64,000 nt of DNA, taken from contig OZ024742.1 of assembly GCA_964016885.1 (NCBI GenBank), positions 328,414,001-328,478,000 of the forward strand, given 5' to 3'. The stretch comes from Eledone cirrhosa. Taxonomy: Eukaryota. Positions 1 through 13,299 of this stretch are shown here, piece after piece (the first letter of the stretch is position 1; the number at the start of each line of letters is the position of its first letter). The translations under genes were made by a program, and so were the position numbers. The notes beneath the pieces were generated by a model. It was not told where the DNA came from and ran no database searches. It was given only the letters and a program-made list of their open reading frames with translations.

Positions 1-499
1 CACCACCACCACCACCACCACCATATTTGTACAATAAATATGTCATAGATAAGATGAGACAAGGACATTATCCAGTTGGTTGACATATAATGGTGTATAT
101 ATATCTGTGTGTGTGTCTATGTACTTGAGTATGAATACTGCAGTGAAGAATTCATGTAATATCCTGTATCAACAGGGGTTCTCTGAGAAGGAAAGATTTT
201 AAGGTAGCAGTGGCGCCGTATGGATGGGAAGTTAGGTATATATGTTTCGTTGTATGCATGCATGTATGTATCATCTGTATTTAGGGAGAGATAGATGGAG
301 AATGTGTGGTGTTAATGACTTTCTCAAAGTAGCCAGTATCGTATATAAATTCACATTACTTACACCGAGATAGTTATCTGCACTATGTCTAGACAAATGC
401 CAACAAAGTAGACTGTACTGTAGTTACTTGACCTGAGAAAATGGTTTCCAAATTCCACCAAATAACATACTTCCGCCTTAAACGAAATATACGTCAAAT

Positions 500-1000
500 A
501 ATTTTTTCTGATTTGGGCACTAGGCCAACAAATTTTTTTTTTATAGAGCGGGGTCGAATAAATCGACTCCTGTGTGTGACTGGTACTTTATATTATCGAC
601 CTCGTAAAGATGAAAGGCAAAGCTAACCTTAGTGGGATTTGAACTCACAATGTAAAAGGCCGTAACTCTAAGCCTAAATGCTTGTTGTCCGATGCTATAC
701 CGACTCTGCCAAATCAGATAGTAAAGGGGCGTAACTCTATGCTGCAAATATCGGTCTCCGATGCTCTACCGATTCTGCCAGACCACTGCCCTAACACTCT
801 AACAAATAATTGTTTCTACTTTTGGCTCAAGGCCAGCAATTATCCCAGTGCATGACTGGTACTTTATTTTATCGACCCCGTAAGGAAGAAAGGCAAAGTT
901 AACCTCGGCGGGATTTGAACTCAGACCGTAAAGGGGCGTAACTCTTTTGTTGCAAAGCATGGAGTCCAACCCTCTACCGATACTGCTAATGCACCTGCTA
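500..1000 (-). mobile_element. Cluster of 2-3 copies of the dominant tRNA-derived SINE (octopus-type)
   Basis: Reverse complement of the family core GAGTTCAAATCCCGCCGAGGTTAACTTTGCCTTTCATCCTTACGGGGTCGATAAAATAAAGTACCAGT, also seen at 19.6, 23.7, 45.1 and 61.2 kb; B-box-like GAGTTCAAATCC. Confidence 0.85.
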
Positions 1001-1527
1001 CTCTAACAAATAATGACAACTAGTACCATTCGCAGTAACAGCAACTACTCCCACTACTCTCATTAATAAAAACAACAACTACTACTACTACTACCACTAC
1101 TACTACTACTACCACTACCACTACCACTACTACTACTACTACTCCGTCCAAGCTTTACGAGGGCTTGTCTCCTGCTCTTATCAATTGTGCAATTACACTC
1201 ATTATAATTGGGTGGTAGACATGATCCATCACCCGGTTTAATATCTTCACCTAGATATGTGTGCATTTAATAGAATTTACTTTGTTGCAAGTATTAAGGG
1301 CCACATCCTAAATTTGTTTATGTCTTTCACTTTACCTTACACTAGCATTGAAGACCATGGAAAAAACTAAAGGGCCATGGGCACTAACCTCACCTAAGCT
1401 CACACACTCATACACACATATACATACATTCGTATACACACACCTTCATGTACATATATACACACTCCCACATACATATTTTATTTTATATTCGTGTTTA
1501 AAACTTACAATTATTTTATCTATGTAG

Positions 1528-1757
1528 ATAACTAAATACTTTATGGTGTTTCAGTTGACTGGACAAAGAATTAAATTACTGATTATTTACGATAATGTAT
1601 CCTCTATCGGCTTTTCCAACAAGCATTCAGTTGTTCGATCAACTGACCATGGAAGTGGTTCAGAATTACACAAACAGTTTGTTGGACGTACATCGGTTTT
1701 AACAATGAGTGTTCCAGTTGTTGAAGCAAAAGAAAATCCAGCTCGTAGAACTAAGGT
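1528..1757 (+). CDS. Candidate internal coding exon, product unknown
   Basis: Acceptor ttattttatctatgtAG at 1527 (alternative tttcAG at 1554); one open frame ITKYFMVFQLTGQRIKLLIIYDNV...PVVEAKENPARRTK with stops in the other two + frames; donor GTAAGT at 1758; non-repetitive composition. Confidence 0.35.
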
Positions 1758-3210
1758 GTAAGTGGTTGAGTATTCCATTCAACGTGTACTGTTCGTGTAA
1801 TTCTTAGGGAGATTCAACGTGACACGATATATGACAAATCTGTTTTGTACGTTGGAGTTACAGATACAATCCATGCGTCGGGCTTCTACGCAGCTTCCAT
1901 CAAACAATTACACCCACAGTACTCGAGTCGACCAGCAGATGTGTTAAAAACATTTGGCCAAGCTGCCACGCAGTGACAATGAATACCAGACTACATGATT
2001 GTGAAGCTAACTTCATAACCATTCAAGACTGATTGCATAAATATTAACTAGTAGTTAAGTAGGTGCAAATATCTTTATAGCAGCGATTCATATTAAAAAA
2101 AAAATATTTCATCAATTAAATCTCTCAAGTATTGAAAAGAAACAGCATTATCATTAATGATAATTATTGTCATAAAATGAATGGGAAACAACTATGGATT
2201 AATATTTGAGTGAAACCCTATAATGTTAAGTGAGTGTGACATTACATAAGTAGGCTAATAATTATGACCAAATTTTGTTGTCATTAGATCTCTTCGGCAT
2301 ACGTATTTCTCTGATCTGAGTAGACCCAAATTTTAAACGAAAAAATGCACAGATTTAGTCGTTTTCAAAGGGTGCCTTCTGCATGAAGTTTATCTATTTA
2401 ACATGAGGTTAAGATATTTAGGTAGTGGGCTCCCATTCCGAATGTTTTGAATGATTAATATTACACTTTTGAAAAAAATTAAAGAATTACAATTAACGTT
2501 TCCTAGGATCTTTGCCCTTTGAACTCTGCTGCTTGTGATCGAACTTTGTGGAGAAAAATATCTCATGTTGATGTGCAGTCTGCATCTGGCGGAGTTTAGC
2601 GTCACAAGAAGAGAAGAGATTCAGTTATTGTTGTGATGCTAATGACAGACATGGCTGGACAGTTGCAATTTACTATAAAATAGACTTTAGTATGTTTCAC
2701 AATAATCTGGGAAAAAGGAATAGTTTGTTCATCTTCACTTTCCTTTCAGTAATTCCTTGATCGTGGTGGAGTGTTCGTGAACGTTCGAAATCATTTGATT
2801 CTCAGATTTTACGACTCGATGTTGTTCCCTCTCAAAGCTCCTGGCTGATTTCTTCTTGGATCAGAGATGACTTGAGTTGATGTTTAAAGCATAACATCGG
2901 CGCACCACGAGGTCTTTTACCACAATTAAGTAGTCCGCGGTAGTCTAGTAGGGCCTATTACGACACTAACATCTGCCCCATGCAGTCGATGGCGTAGAAT
3001 TGCAGCCTCACTACAGGAGAGAGAAGCTTTAAGGGGAATTCATTTTTTTATAACGTAATCATTCCAGTTTATTTGAAGGGTGCGTCACAGCTTGGATTTC
3101 TCGAGATTTTCCAATACATTTGCATATCCCTTTATAGGTTTTCATTTCAGATTTATTAATCAGTCCAATAGTTTATAACATAATTAATTAACTTTCAAAG
3201 TCTTTCACCA

Positions 3211-3644
3211 TAGTCCGTGACCCTTATCGACGACGCTTTCCCATCTCTACTCTCTCACTCTCTCCATACCTCTCTTTGTACGTATGTATATATATCTATG
3301 CTCCACACAAAAATAAATTTATCCCGAGACTAGTCATACTATATATTAAAAAAAAAAGTCATGAAATAAATAACATAAAAACTACGCCCACCACAAACAA
3401 ATTTTTTTATGAAATGATCTCACTTTTTGCCAATGAAATTATGAAATACAATTTCAAGAAACATTACAAATTATATCAAAACAAAATACAAAAATTAATG
3501 ACGGGTATCCTGGCATAGATTTTCTCAGGCCACAGCCACCCCCATCACCCGGATTTTCTCAAAAAATTAACGAAATTACCCACGCAAAAATGTAGACGAA
3601 GACGTAACACAAATGGCCAGAGTCGTCGATAAAGCCAGAGACTG
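3211..3644. mobile_element. Degenerate MITE-like element
   Basis: Imperfect terminal inverted repeats tagtccgtgacccttatcgacgac / gtcgtcgataaagccagagactg. Confidence 0.45.
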
Positions 3645-4361
3645 ATTGATGGATTAATTATCTGGTTAATAATAAATCAAAGGTAAAAAGCAACGGTGCG
3701 TATGCTTTGATTGATAGCATGACACTCACAAAGTCAAATATTTGTGTGTCTGTGTATGAATGTATGTGTGTATGTGTGTTTGTCTGTGTGTGCGTATTTT
3801 TACGATTGTGTGTATGACGATATTTTTTAGCCGTAATATAGCAGCTCGACAAATAATTTCTTTGTTTAAAACTTTATGCACTAGGGTTGATATGGTCGAC
3901 TAAAATCCTTTTTAAGTCGGTGCCACAGGATGACCGCAGTCTAATGACTGAGATTAGTAAAATAATAAAAGAAAAACTATACACTCTTCGACAGCTATAC
4001 ACATAATATATGTATTAACACATAAATCAGTGGTTAGTGTGTTAGATTTTACGATCATAATATCATGGGTTCGATTCCAGGACAGGATGCTCCGTTTTGT
4101 TCTTGAGCAAAACACATCCTATCACGTCGGTTCAGTACACTCTAGTTAAAGCAAGTACAAGTAGTAGTTAGAAGATAACTCATCAAAGTACTGGCATCAT
4201 ATCTGGTGAAGAGGGTTGTACTCCCATTGAGTAACTTTGATAAAACTGGGATAAGCAACGGCATGATAAGCCTGCTAACTTAAGACAAGACTCACGACAT
4301 TTACAAGGAATCAGATTCACTTGCATACACTGATACATATGGAATCATCCTCTTTCATTTA

Positions 4362-4428
<67 letters not shown>

Positions 4429-4433
<5 letters not shown>

Positions 4434-4643
4434 CTTGGGGAGGGTCATATTTGTGTAATATCGCCAGAATTAATAACAGAACACACTCACTGTTTGGTTG
4501 GTTTTCGCTTCTCGCTGTCTTTTATATCTGCGATCTAACTTAATCGGTTCTCAATGACAAATATGACCCTCCCCGAGTATAACAATATTTGTTTCGACAC
4601 ACGATTTCATATAAAAAACCTCGCTAAACTAATTCATCGTCGC
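4429..4643. mobile_element. Short asymmetric inverted-repeat insert in (TA)n, same family as 51098-51794
   Basis: ttatacttggggagggtcatatttg ... caaatatgaccctccccgagtataa; interior and right extension match the 51 kb element; TA tracts on both sides. Confidence 0.75.
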
Positions 4644-5010
4644 TATATATATATATATAAATATAAATTAGTGAGAATCGTATTTCAGCTTTGGAATTAG
4701 CGAGAAACAACTTCTGAGATGTGTGGCAAGCGCTCAATAATTCTGACGAACCAGAGCTACAACATACGTTAAAGGCTAAACACACTGAGACGATGGTTAA
4801 ACCGTCATCCGCATAGCCATAGAAACGACCAAGTAATTCGGGTCAAACAAATAAAAAAATATGTGATTGAAAAATTTACCCGACCCCTGGATGGTTAGTA
4901 AAATCCAGCATTTGGCTTTCTGCGACTCCTAAATCAAGTATTGTCCGCTTAGACAAATAATGTTAGGCTTCTGGTAAGATGATTGAACAAGGAAGTCACT
5001 TTCTCAACAG

Positions 5011-5068
<58 letters not shown>

Positions 5069-5365
5069 TAAAAACTAGAACTTGCTATTGAAACGACTAG
5101 AGCTCAGCTACTCTACTACCCCAAATTTCGAGAGTCTGGGTAATAATGGTCTCACCAGTTTCAAACTGAATCCATCCTATTAGACACTGTGACTATGGAT
5201 GGACCAGCAGTACTGTTGGTAGGGGTCGAAACTGCCTGAGTTCATCACAACGGCCGATGAACATGGAGTTCTGTATCCTTCGTTTGTATATATTTTAAAA
5301 AAAAAAAATTTTGTTTTTCGTTTTGATTTGTTTCTGTTCATCGTCTTGTCTTTCTTTGTTAATTT

Positions 5366-5450
<85 letters not shown>

Positions 5451-5577
5451 AATGTATATATAGTGTATTTTGCAATACACTGTATGCTTAATTAAAAGCA
5501 TTTTGAAGACCTTACGCTATTGTTTTAGAGTAGTGACAGCCTCACTTACTTTAATTTTCAGCAAACAGGGGAGATAA

Positions 5578-5622
5578 AGCTGACAGGGCCCTGTTTCGCA
5601 TTTGTTGATGCTTATCAAATCC
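5578..5622 (-). ncRNA. Hammerhead ribozyme variant with U3-A8 core
   Basis: Minus strand: ggat-TTGATAA-gcat caacaa atgc-GAAA-cagggccctg-TC-agct; 4-bp stem II, palindromic stem III, GUC site; stem I imperfect. Confidence 0.65.
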
Positions 5623-5905
5623 AACTACCCCTCCTGTTTTCTGAAAATCACGGATGTTTGATTCTTATAGAATTTTAGTAAATAATCAGGAACTGATTAT
5701 ACAGAGCGGTTGCCGGTCAAGCAGAAATTGAAAATTAGAATTGGTGCTCTGAAATAGCTATATATATATATATATGAATATATATATATAGTGTATTTTG
5801 CAATACACTGTATGCTTAATTAAAAGCATTTCGAAGACCTTATGCTATTGTTTTAGAGTAGTGACAGACTCACTTACTTTAATTTTCAGCAAACAAGGGA
5901 GATAA

Positions 5906-5950
5906 AGCTGACAGGGCCCTGTTTCGCATTTTTTTATGCTTATCAAAGGC
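5906..5950 (-). ncRNA. Hammerhead ribozyme variant with U3-A8 core, second copy
   Basis: Minus strand: gcct-TTGATAA-gcat aaaaaa atgc-GAAA-cagggccctg-TC-agct. Confidence 0.65.
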
Positions 5951-6314
5951 AGCTTTATCTCCCCTGTTTGCTGAAAATTAAAGTAAGTGAGACTGTCACT
6001 ACTCTAAAACAATAGCATAAGGTCTTCGAAATGCTTTTAATTAAGCATACAGTGTATTGCAAAATACACTATATATACATTCATATATATATATAGCTAT
6101 TTCAGAGCACCAATTCTAATTTATATATATATATATATATATATATAAAGAATTAGTATATCTACCAACATATATATACAGATGCATACCTATGCTATCA
6201 AATATATAGGTTTTGTCTTAGTAATTTGTGGTTCAATGCAAGGGGATGCAGAACAATTATATGAAAGACGTAAAATAATAAAATTATAAAAATTAACTTA
6301 CTTACTAAAATTTC

Positions 6315-6394
6315 ACTCCAACTAATTAGTTTCTGAAAGGGAATAAACATGGTTTCCGATGTAACATGGAGAATACCTTTCGTCATCAGGAAGT
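6315..6394 (-). ncRNA. Minimal type I hammerhead ribozyme
   Basis: Mirror copy of 6530-6610. Confidence 0.75.
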
Positions 6395-6529
6395 CAATTC
6401 TCGGCTAAGTTCCCAGGCGATGCGTGGACACAGGGAACTTATACAAAAATAATTCAGTGGATGGAAAAAAGCAAGCGAGGACTAAATTCCAAGACATTGA
6501 AATTTGCCTGGGAACTTAGCTGAGAATTG

Positions 6530-6610
6530 ACTTCCTGATGACGAAAGGTATTCTCCATGTTCCATTCGGAAACCATGTTTATTCCCTTTCAGAAACTAAT
6601 TAGTTGGAGT
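6530..6610 (+). ncRNA. Minimal type I hammerhead ribozyme
   Basis: acttc-CTGATGA-c gaaagg...cctttc a-GAAA-ctaattag-TT-ggagt; stem I acttc/ggagt, palindromic stem III ACTAATTAGT, GUU site. Confidence 0.75.
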
Positions 6611-6658
6611 GAAATTTTAGTAAGTAAGTTAATTTTTATAATTTTATTAATTTACGTC

Positions 6659-6736
<78 letters not shown>

Positions 6737-6804
6737 ATGCTTTGGGATATATATATGTATATATTGTTATGCTTTGTTATGCTTTGTATATATATATATA
6801 TATA

Positions 6805-6880
6805 CAAGGTGTCCAAAAAATATATAGACACTTCAACAGAATTCTAATAAAAGTGTGTATATATTTTTGGGGACACCTTG
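6805..6880. mobile_element. 76-bp Tc1/mariner-type micro-MITE
   Basis: TA|caaggtgtcc...ggacaccttg|TA; whole element is a near-palindrome centred on gaattc. Confidence 0.6.
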
Positions 6881-7609
6881 TATATACGACGTCCGTTTAC
6901 AGTGTCCGTCTACCACATTCCATTCATAACATATTAGCTAACCTGAGGCTGTAGTAGAAGACCCTGTTTGAGCTCAAACTCAGTGGTATTGAACGCTAAA
7001 TGACATGTTGTGATGAATATCTATGATCAGGGACATCCCAGTTATAACTATGCCGTATTTTTCCATTGTGTAGGGATACTAGGACGATTCAATCGAAAGT
7101 GTTTCATTTTTAAGAAAGTTGGGTATAATAAAAGGAATTACGACTACTATTTCTAGCAGGTCTCACGCCAATAAATTGGCTACTCTATAGGTGTATAATT
7201 ATGTGTGGGAGAGAACTTGGTTTAGTCGTGAGGCTATTTGGCTCATGATTGTAGGGTCTCGAGTTCGATGCTAAACGCAATGTATCCCCGAGCAAGACAT
7301 TTATTTCTCGTTACTCCAGTAAGCGGAAAAAAGCATTAGTTGTACCTGCAATAGAGAGGAACTGCATTTTCAAACACCGTGACACGCTGAATCGGTTTCA
7401 GAACTACGTTATGTCTACACGTGTCTGTGGAATACTTAGTTACTTACACGTTAATTTGACGTGCAGTCTGTTATGACCAACAATCAACGGAAGCACTCAT
7501 CTATGGAACGCACATACGTCTGTATATATTTGTAACTGCGCATGTGTGTAGTCTGTGTGTATATCACTGCAGTTGTGTATATATTTGTTTGTATATGTTT
7601 ATATAGCTG

Positions 7610-9002
7610 TATGCGGTGGCGGTGGTAGTGGCGGTTGTGGTGGTTGTGATAGTGGTGTTGTTGGTGGTGGTGGCGGTAGTAGAGATGATGGTGGTGGTGG
7701 TAGTGGTGGGGAGATGGTGGTGGTGGTAGTAGTGATGAGTATGGTGGTGGTGGCGGTAATAGAGATGTTGGTGGTGGTGGTGGTGGGGTGATGGTGGTGG
7801 TGGTAGTGGTAGTGGTGGTGGTGGTGGTTGTGGTAGTGATGTTGGCGGTAGTAGTGATGATGGTGCTTGTGGTAGTGATGATGATGATGATGGTGGTGTT
7901 GGTAGTGTGTATGTGTATATATAACAGTTCATATGTAGATGAATGTATATTTCTGTCTATATATGTCTGTATAGATCTGAAAGTATTGTGTTTATAGTGT
8001 TGTATGTATAGATATGTGTGGGTGTGGCTGTGTGTGTATGAAGCAAGTTGTTTTTCTCTGTCTATCTGTGTATGTAAGTGTGTGTATGTGTATGTACCTG
8101 TGTATGATACTGTATAATTAGTGTGTTTATGTGTGTATGTGTGTATGTGAAGCTCTGTATATTGTTGTATTTGTGTATGTAACTGTATATACGTACATGT
8201 TATTGTCCGTATATTTATGTATTGTATATCTAATAATGTGTGTGTATGCATATGTAAAATCGTGTGTCTAATTGTATTGCTGCATGGGTATGTGTAGTTT
8301 TATATATGTAAGTGAGGTTATAAGCATGATTTTATGTATGTGTAGCTATGTATAGAGGTCTCCGTCTATGTGTGTGGTTGTATGTCAGTGTTTGTAGCGC
8401 TACTTATAAGTGTAAATATATGTGTGAAAAGGTGTATGTGCTCGTAAGTTTATGAATGTGTGAAGATGTGTGTATAGATGTATTTGTGTGTGTGAATACC
8501 TAAATGCGTATGCTAAATTGTGAGTGTGTCAATGTGTGCGACTGTGTGAGAGTGCGAATGTGTATGATTGTGAGTGTATGTATGTGTGTGTGTGTGTGTG
8601 TTGTCAGTAGAAAAGGTGAGTCAGACTTTTGGAGAGAATTCAAAGTAAAATCAGCACTAAAGGTAATCGATACGTCCTTTCCAACACTTTACACAAATAT
8701 TCTAATTAGTTTAGCATGATGTAGTGGTAATGGTCGGAGTGTGTTGGGGGTGAAGGTGAAGGGGGACAGTGGCAGTGCAGGTGTCCCTGGTGGCGGTCTT
8801 GGTGTTGGGGTTGAGATGGTGGCATTGCGTTTCTAACACTGCTAATCGCTGCAACAGTGTATGTATGTATGTATGTATGTATGTATGTATGTATGTATGT
8901 ATGTATGTATGTATGTATGTATATATATATATATATTATGTATGTATGTATATATATATATATATGTGTATATACACATACATACATATATATGTATATA
9001 TG

Positions 9003-9060
<58 letters not shown>

Positions 9061-9136
9061 CATATATATATATGTATATATATATGTATATATATATGTA
9101 TGTATATATATATGTATATATATATATACATATGTA

Positions 9137-9210
<74 letters not shown>
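7610..9210. repeat. Compound microsatellite/low-complexity field: (GGT)n/(GAT)n, (TG)n, (TATG)n, (TA)n
   Basis: Direct inspection; source of the poly-V/T/YI ORFs. Confidence 0.95.
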
Positions 9211-9213
<3 letters not shown>

Positions 9214-10485
9214 TATGTCACTTTAATCTTAGAATTACGTACACAGTCATATATTAAATCACTCAATAAGAAGAAATAAGAATTCGCAATAATCTATATT
9301 ATCTTTAGTTGCTTTGTAGAAGGAAAACGGTCACCACTGTATTGTTCAATATAGAAACCGTTAGTTAGATTCAGCGTTAAAATATCCTCCGCAGTGAAAC
9401 GAAAAAGATTTTAAAAAAAAACAGCCGTAGCGAAGCGAGTAAGGAGTGGTCCCCCTTCAAGTGATACATTTTGCAGAATACCACCTGTGCCGTGTTTTTC
9501 ACAAGGGAGAGAGCACCTTCAAACTCCAGGTCGATCACAAGCTGTAGCTTCTTCAATGGTTCTCACTAACAATGGTGGGAGAAGCTATCCAGTATGATAA
9601 TTTAGATATCAGTTGTGAAGGCGTGTGGATTAGTGTTAAGCACACGATCTTAGTTGGTAAGATCGATTCCCACATGCGCCATGTGTCCTTAAGCAAAACA
9701 CTGTATTTGATTTGCTTCATCCTACAGAGCAGAAAGAAATGCAGGTGTACCTGTGATTCGAAGGGCTAGCCGACTTATAAAATTATCTACTAAATATCTG
9801 AGCATTTCAAGTACACGTTTATCGTTAAAGTACGCTTCAGTGAGATTGAGCATGGTACATTGTCTGGTACGGCCTACTCATTGAAATAAGATACAGTTGA
9901 TCTTGTATTACAGTGTTTCTCATTGAGTAATCAAAAGACACGTACTCTAATGCACTTAACAATTAATGACAATGGTCTAGCTTTAATTTACAATTAGTGA
10001 TCAGGACTTGTCGCCACAGCTGTTTCGTCTACACAATTATATTCACGCAGCATGTCTCTACATCAGGTTATTTTATATAATAGATTATATAACACTTCGT
10101 CAATATGTGTAACTTTGGGACCAAACTGTGGGTTTTATAATTCCGAAGTTTATTTATTAACCATTCGTGTCAATATTTATTATATCATACTATTTTTCAT
10201 AATCCTTTTAGTCGTACTGTGAATAGAAAGATGATGTCGGAACACGGTATTTCTCAGTTTCAGAATTACAAACGCAGTAAATACTAAGGAAAATAAACAG
10301 ACGACCAAACGTGTCGCACGTTTGGTAAGAGGTGTTACTCAATATGCAAGGGCCGTGTCGGGACATTGTGCATCCTTCGAACCATATCCCATCCCAGCAA
10401 TCTGCATCAATTATTTATATGGGTGTAACTGGCATTATCAAGTAGCAGCTGTTTCGTTAATATAGTATCAATATATAGGTATATA

Positions 10486-10549
<64 letters not shown>

Positions 10550-10724
10550 GTATGTATGTGTATATATATACATATATACCCGCCACATTATTTTAAAAAA
10601 GTTACTCGATATTGTTGTAGATTATAGGCAGCTGTTTTTTTATATATGAAAATTATTTCTGCAGGTCTTTGAAACAATAGAAACAAATGTAATAGTTCTA
10701 TTCCTGTAGAGATCATTTTTATAT

Positions 10725-10828
<104 letters not shown>

Positions 10829-11085
10829 CATACATATACATATATGTAGAGAGAGAGAGATTGGGAGAGAGAGAAAGAGAGGTATGCACTGACTTATGAA
10901 AATGTTTATGTACATGAACATTTCGTATATGATTCATTATACAACTTCAGTCACACTCACACATAAACACATACATACACACGCACACATATATATATAT
11001 GTGTACCTAATATACCTATATGCATACATACACATGTGTATGTATATGCATACATAAGTATGTATATGCATTCATATATACGTAA

Positions 11086-11164
<79 letters not shown>

Positions 11165-11367
11165 AATACACACACATACTAACGCACACTCACTGATATA
11201 TATATATACTCACATACTTACGTGTACACATAAAATTCCATATGCAAACATATATAAATAAATACATAGATACATACGCATACAAACATATACTATGTAA
11301 GTGTGTGTATGTGTGTGTGTGTTTGTGTGTGCGTGTACGTGTGTGTGTGTAAATAAGAATAAAAACA

Positions 11368-11404
<37 letters not shown>

Positions 11405-13299
11405 ACAGGAAATATATATTTGAGGAGGAATTCTTTTGACAATTGCTGTTTATAGCTTTAACACTTTGTTGAAATAAACGGACAACTATGGCCTGGATAT
11501 AAGTGATGTGGAAGTGATGAGAGAGGGAATGATTGGGAGGGCGGTTACATATTTGCATTGTAAAACTAGAATGAGTGGTGAAGGAGGACGGAACAGTAGC
11601 AGCTATATTTGACCGCTCAACAAAGCTACTTGGAATAGATTTAATGCCCTCTCATAACTTCTTTTCTTATACTTTTCTTATTTTCGCCATTACTTTCAGT
11701 TAATTGTTCGTTTATACTTCATGGAAACACGATTTGAGGTGGCTTCTAAATCCTGTGCGAAATACGTTTCAAGTGGTATCTAAACAGCACCCTCCCTTAG
11801 GCTCAGTTCACCATTACAGCAAACATCTAACGGAAATGTGTACATTTACACAGATCTCTTTCTAGCGGGAACAATAAGCCGGACAGGCCGTAAAAGAAAG
11901 AAAAAAATGACGAAAAATAGAATTGTTATTCACGTTGTTAGTGGACAGCTCAAAGGCGACAAAGTCACCGGAAGTGCTTCATCGCATCGGAGATGTAGTA
12001 AAAAAAGAGATGATGGGGAAGTAGAGTAAGATGTTTTGTTGACTGAAAGTAGAGATGGCATGGGATGCTAAGGGAGGTAAGAGAAGGCTGACCACAGTGC
12101 TTGCTTCCGATTGGTTGTCAGCTCGTAAAATCGTCTACTTGTCTAATGTCGATATGATAGCCTGTACTTCTGAAATGTGAAGAAATCGATGGTGTTGTGT
12201 TGTAAAAGAGAAATTGTATAGATTTGCTTATCACTTCTCTCATTATATTTCTCTGCTGTCCAGGTCATGCCAGACCAACTCAGTAGATGTCCAGCTGAGT
12301 CTAATCCACACCAATCCATGCTCGTAGTTTTTATGGCACCAGCATAATGTCAGACAATGCAGAAATAAAAAGGTATACATTTCTATGTAGATATAAATAC
12401 TATCTACCTACATACATAAATAACCACCTCCCTACATACTTACCCCCCCCCCCTGTACACACATACAAACCTTCCTTCCTACCTACCTACCTACCTACCT
12501 ACCTATATACATACATACATACATACATACATACATACATGTGTATCTACCAGCCTATCTATCTACATGCTGACCTCTACTTCTGTCAGTGTATCTTGCT
12601 AATATATGTGTGCTTATTGTGTTTTAGACCGCTGTCAGTTCCGATGGCGTGTGATTCAGTTGTTTGAACAACAAAAGAGTCATCGCGAGAGATTAATATG
12701 CAAGTGGTTAAGGAGCATTCTATATACACCAGCATCTATAATGTAGTGGTCACTGTGATTCAGCATGACAATATCAGACAAAGCAGGCTTTTTGATGTCG
12801 TTTCAAGACATTTTTGCTATCCCAGTAGAATGTAGCAATATGCATTAGCGCCTTGCTCTAGGACACAACGTGCCACCGGAAATCGAACTCACAATTATAA
12901 AATTGTGAACCAAGCTCTCTAATTACTAGGCTTGATGCTTTCACACGTGTAAACATACATATACATGATATATAGCAAAACCAACTACGAACATGTTCGT
13001 TAATAAAATGTGAATCAGTACGTCGATTTCAATGATAAAACTACAAACGGTTTCTGACTTATGCAAAATATCAACAATTTGGGGGAGTGGAAAGCCCATT
13101 AAATCTACCCTAGTGCGTTACTGGTACTATATTTTATCGACAACGTACGATGAAAGGCAAAGCTAATCACGGCCTTTCAATAATAATACTAAAAATGGTA
13201 GGTTAACTATGTCCTTCAGTTGCATATTACTCTGTAGCTGTTTAGTTTAAATACATATCTTCTGATACAAGGGTTGAATCAATCCACTCCTGGGGAACT

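Larger units (their letters stand above)
5449..6122 (-). mobile_element. PLE-type non-coding insert: partial tandem copies plus inverted arm, in (TA)n
   Basis: ~5455-5620 is directly repeated at ~5780-5947; 5733-5910 is inverted at 5950-6122; both outer ends abut (TA)n; HHR motifs inside. Confidence 0.8.
6258..6667. mobile_element. Head-to-head inverted PLE-type terminal-repeat (pLTR) insert
   Basis: Arms 6258-6420 and 6504-6667 are near-perfect reverse complements with an ~83-bp spacer; each has an HHR pointing outward; right arm runs into (TA)n. Confidence 0.85.

Noticed and set aside
4743-4850. CTGACGA with a downstream GAAAC
   Set aside because: Could not close stems I-III consistently
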